Of a DNA stretch of 64,000 nt, positions 61,095-64,000 are shown in pieces. The number at the start of each line of letters is the position of its first letter. Position 1 is the stretch's first letter. The position numbers and the translations under genes were made by a program. The notes under the pieces were generated by a model, which was not told the origin of the DNA, did not search any database, and saw only the letters and a list, made by a program, of their open reading frames with translations. Origin of the DNA: an uncultured Acidimicrobiia bacterium (GTDB lineage Bacteria; Actinomycetota; Acidimicrobiia; Acidimicrobiales; AC-14); contig CAWIIV010000025.1 of the NCBI GenBank assembly GCA_963836205.1, forward strand, positions 1 to 64,000. Direction: 5' to 3'.

Positions 61095-61859
61095 TCAGCC
61101 GGGCGGGCCTGCGGCCGGGGCGGCGGCCGAACCCACGCCCAGGGGCGGGGTGCCGATGACCACGGTGTGGCCGGGGGTGGCGGCCAGCTGCTGGAGCAGC
61201 CGGAGCTGCAGTAGGGCGGGCGAGCCCTCGGCCTGGCGGGCGGCGTTGGCCAGGCTGCGGAGGGCCGCCGTCTCGCCCCGCGCCCGCTCCAGGGCGGCCA
61301 GGCCCTGGGCCTTGGCCACCAGGACCTCGGCCCGGGCCCGCTTGAGGTCGGCGGGCAGGACGACGTCCTTGAGCTCGAGGTGGACCACCGCCACGCCCAG
61401 CTGGTCGAGGCCGCGCACGGCCGCGGTGAGCTCGGCGCCCAGCTCGGCCCGGCCGGCCAGCAGGTCCTCCACCGGGTGGGCGGCCACGACCTCCCGCAGC
61501 GCCACCTGCACGGCCAGGTAGAGGGCGCCGTGGGCGTCCTGGACGGCGGTGACGAACGCCACCGGGTCGGCCACCTGGACCTGGCCGGCGGCGGTGACCT
61601 TGACGCTCACGCCGTCGGCGGTGGGGACCTCCTGGGTCGGCACCAGCAGCACCCACGGCCGCATGTCGACCCGGCGGAGGGTGTACCGCGAGCGCCACCG
61701 GCGGTGGCCACCGGGGCCGAGGGTGTCGACCAGGGCACCGGTCCGGAAGAGCAGGGCCCGCTCCCACTGGTCGACCGTCACCAGGCGGCCCGGCCGCACG
61801 GCCGCGCCGGCACCCGTCCGCATCCAGCCCGTCATCATCGAGTGCTTCTGTCGCATCAT
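61095..61859 (-). CDS. SPFH/Band-7 'slipin' family protein
   Basis: WERALLFRTG, QEVPTADG, KDVVLP, LERARGETAALRSLANAA, LLQLRLLQ. Confidence 0.9.
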   Translation of the reverse strand: MMRQKHSMMTGWMRTGAGAAVRPGRLVTVDQWERALLFRTGALVDTLGPGGHRRWRSRYTLRRVDMRPWVLLVPTQEVPTADGVSVKVTAAGQVQVADPVAFVTAVQDAHGALYLAVQVALREVVAAHPVEDLLAGRAELGAELTAAVRGLDQLGVAVVHLELKDVVLPADLKRARAEVLVAKAQGLAALERARGETAALRSLANAARQAEGSPALLQLRLLQQLAATPGHTVVIGTPPLGVGSAAAPAAGPPG

Positions 61860-62007
61860 GGCTACCTCGTCGTTTGCGCCTTCCCCCAGCTGGGCGCCTT
61901 CCCCCAGCTGGGCGCCCTCCCCCGGCCGGCCCCGACGGCGGGACGGGGGCCGAGGCCCGCAAGGTCCCGCCGCCGGTACGCCCGAGGGCGCGGGCCGGCC
62001 GGAGGTC

Positions 62008-62101
62008 GAACGCGGAATGGGAGTCGAACCCAGTGGGATCCACCCGTGCCGGAGAGAACACGCGGGACGGAGCCGGTCACGACCGGGCCGCCGCTCATTC
62101 C
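62008..62101 (-). ncRNA. tRNA-like RNA upstream of the slipin gene (b7a-tRNA-like)
   Basis: T-arm TGGG-TTCGACT-CCCA, three further hairpins, closing GGAA(TG)/(CA)TTCC; TACTCT -10 at 62119-62114. Confidence 0.62.
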
Positions 62102-62147
62102 AACACGCCACGCAGAGTAACGGGACGGACGCCTTCCGTCCCCCGAA

Positions 62148-62801
62148 TTACGCGGGCGGACCCGCCAGCCGGCGCCGCAGCTCCACGTAGACGGTCGGTC
62201 CGACGACGGCCTCCAGCTCCTCGGCCATGGAGTCGATCACCGGCCGGTCGCCGACGTACGCCCGCTCGCCCTCTGTGCAGCACCAGGCCATCGTCTCGCC
62301 GTCGGCGCCCCAGTCCCGCCGCTCCCACCGGCGGACGGTGGCCACCTCGGTGTCGCCCTCCCCCGGCTCCCAGTCGACCTTGATCGGCAGCTGCCAGCAC
62401 ACCGACGGCTTCCACACCACCGGCGACTCCCCGGAGTGGATCGCCTCCAGGTGCAGGGCGCACCCGGCACCGCCCTCGAAGCCGGGCCGGTTCAGGAAGA
62501 TGCAGGCCCCGTCGACCACCCGGGTGGTGGTGCGGGATTCGTCGCCGAAGACGCCGCCCTCGGCCGCCGCCGCGTGGTGCTCGAAGCGGGACGGGTCGAG
62601 GGTGGCGGCCAGGGCGCTGATGTTGCGGGACTCGTCGTCGCCGTCGAGGTCGGCCCCCATCGAGCAGCAGCCCTGGCCCAGGTGCTCGGCCGACTCGGGA
62701 CCGATGCCCAGGCAGCCGCGGCCCCAGATGCACGTCCAGTTCGACCTCAGGAAGTCGGAGTCGAAGCGCCAGACGGTGTCGCCGTCGTCGATCTCCTCCA
62801 C
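62148..62801 (-). CDS. Cys-rich conserved protein (DUF3109-like)
   Basis: WTCIWGRGC, GCCS.GA, ACIFLN, GCALH, KPSVCWQLP. Confidence 0.8.
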   Translation of the reverse strand: MEEIDDGDTVWRFDSDFLRSNWTCIWGRGCLGIGPESAEHLGQGCCSMGADLDGDDESRNISALAATLDPSRFEHHAAAAEGGVFGDESRTTTRVVDGACIFLNRPGFEGGAGCALHLEAIHSGESPVVWKPSVCWQLPIKVDWEPGEGDTEVATVRRWERRDWGADGETMAWCCTEGERAYVGDRPVIDSMAEELEAVVGPTVYVELRRRLAGPPA

Positions 62802-62806
62802 GGGCC

Positions 62807-63745
62807 TCAGAGCTCCACCCGGTAGACCCTCCCCGGGCGCTGGACGTCGGCCCACGCCAGCACGCCTGAGTCGGCGGCTCGGTGGAGGCCACCGGAGCTG
62901 TCCATGCTCGTTCCGATGACCTTGGTGGCCGTCTCACCCGAGTCCAGCTCGAGGAAGAGGACCTGGTCGGCCCGGGTGGTCCCGTCGACGGAGCTGACCA
63001 GGAGGGTGGCTTCGTCGTGGATGAGGGTGACGCCGGCGGGTGCGCCCAGGTGGAGGTCGGTGAGCAGCGGGGTGACGACGCGCTCGGCCACGCGGAACAC
63101 GAGTCCCCGGCCGGGTCCGGCGCCCTGGTCGGTCACGTAGGCCACCCCGTCGGCCGCGACCACGACCGAGTCGGGGCTGACGAAGGGGCCGCCCGAGGCG
63201 ACGGTGGTCACCGCACCACCCGAGGCCGACACCCGGAACAGGCCCTCCTGGCCGGTACCGGGGTCGCGGCCGGTGAAGTAGATGTCGTTGCCCACCACGT
63301 CGAGGCCGCGGGCGGATCGGCCCTCGGTGCCGGGGACGATCCCCGGCGCCGGGTCCCCGCCCACCATCGTCACGACCGGGAGGTTGTAGATGGCGCCGTC
63401 GGCAAGGAAGGCCCGGACACCGTCGGCGGCAACGCTGATCCCGGTGGGCCGGACGAGGGGGGCGCCCTCGGCGACGGTGGTCAACGCCCCCCCGTCCCCG
63501 GCGACCCGGAAGACGGCGCCACCGGCGTCGCCGACAGCCGTGAAGTAGAAGGCCTTCCCGTCGGGCGACGGCGCCGCGTCGAGGAGCTGCTGGGCGGCAT
63601 CCGTCTCCGCCACCACCGACACCTTCCCGAGGGTCGCATCGAGGCCGCCACCCCCGTCACCCCCGTCACCACCGTCGCCGCCGCAGCCGCCCGCCAGCAC
63701 GGCCGCCGCCAACATGACCACTGCCCAACCGTGCGCCTTGCGCAT
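62807..63745 (-). CDS. Lipoprotein with beta-propeller (NHL/SGL-like) repeats
   Basis: Lipobox LAGGC; repeated P.GI.V.ADG motifs. Confidence 0.72.
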   Translation of the reverse strand: MRKAHGWAVVMLAAAVLAGGCGGDGGDGGDGGGGLDATLGKVSVVAETDAAQQLLDAAPSPDGKAFYFTAVGDAGGAVFRVAGDGGALTTVAEGAPLVRPTGISVAADGVRAFLADGAIYNLPVVTMVGGDPAPGIVPGTEGRSARGLDVVGNDIYFTGRDPGTGQEGLFRVSASGGAVTTVASGGPFVSPDSVVVAADGVAYVTDQGAGPGRGLVFRVAERVVTPLLTDLHLGAPAGVTLIHDEATLLVSSVDGTTRADQVLFLELDSGETATKVIGTSMDSSGGLHRAADSGVLAWADVQRPGRVYRVEL

Positions 63746-63841
63746 GGGGCACCTCCATCGGGCTCCGGGGACACCATTGTCGCCGGTCGACCGGAGTTCG
63801 TCACCGCCCCGCCCAATGCATGACGTCGCCGGATGAGCGGC

Positions 63842-64000
63842 CTACAGCTTGGTGAGGGCCCGGCGCATGTTCCGGACGGCCTGGCCGATGCGCTGCTCGT
63901 TCTCGATGAGGGCGAAGCGCACGTGGCCGTCGCCGGTGGCCCCGAAGCCGATGCCGGGCGAGGTGGCCACCTTGGCCTCGTTGACCAGGAACGACGCGAA
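63842..64000 (-). CDS. C-terminus of a class I/II PLP aminotransferase (AlaC-like), partial
   Basis: Manual translation [52 protein letters not shown]. Confidence 0.85.
   Translation of the reverse strand, partial: FASFLVNEAKVATSPGIGFGATGDGHVRFALIENEQRIGQAVRNMRRALTKL

Noticed and set aside
62008-62101. Canonical tRNA or tRNA-Sec
   Set aside because: No proper 7-nt anticodon loop, no TCA anticodon, no conserved D-loop and no CCA; kept as a tRNA-like RNA.

Overview
High-GC actinobacterial chromosomal window; gene content and style suggest Acidimicrobiia (inference). It holds dnaE, bpa, an rluD-lspA-dksA-yggU block, a type-2 ileS and a reduced dcw cluster on the minus strand: mraZ-rsmH-ftsL-ftsI-murE-mraY-ftsW-murG-murC-murB-ftsQ-ftsZ-pgeF-yggS-sepF-yggT. 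The cluster has no murF, murD, ddl or recognisable divIVA. Divergent from it lie murT-gatD, followed by a SOS-boxed DUF222/HNH gene, a MoxR-DUF58-transglutaminase operon, a bfd-bfr iron locus, dinB, ppm1 and assorted enzymes. I found no rRNA, canonical tRNA or CRISPR array. The most notable observations are: (1) a tRNA-like RNA with a second structured domain, transcribed ahead of an SPFH/slipin gene; (2) an iron module of a Cys-rich mini-PadR, an unknown 86-aa ORF, an extended Bfd and Bfr, wired with DtxR/IdeR-type boxes and a separate operator; (3) mini-ORFs that bridge both junctions of the MoxR operon through start/stop overlaps; (4) long basic disordered N-terminal extensions on FtsW and FtsL, and a repeat-domain membrane protein in the divIVA slot; (5) apparent ATC and CTG start codons. 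Two frameshifts lie in G7 runs and are probably sequencing errors. All calls come from reading the sequence; no database searches were run.
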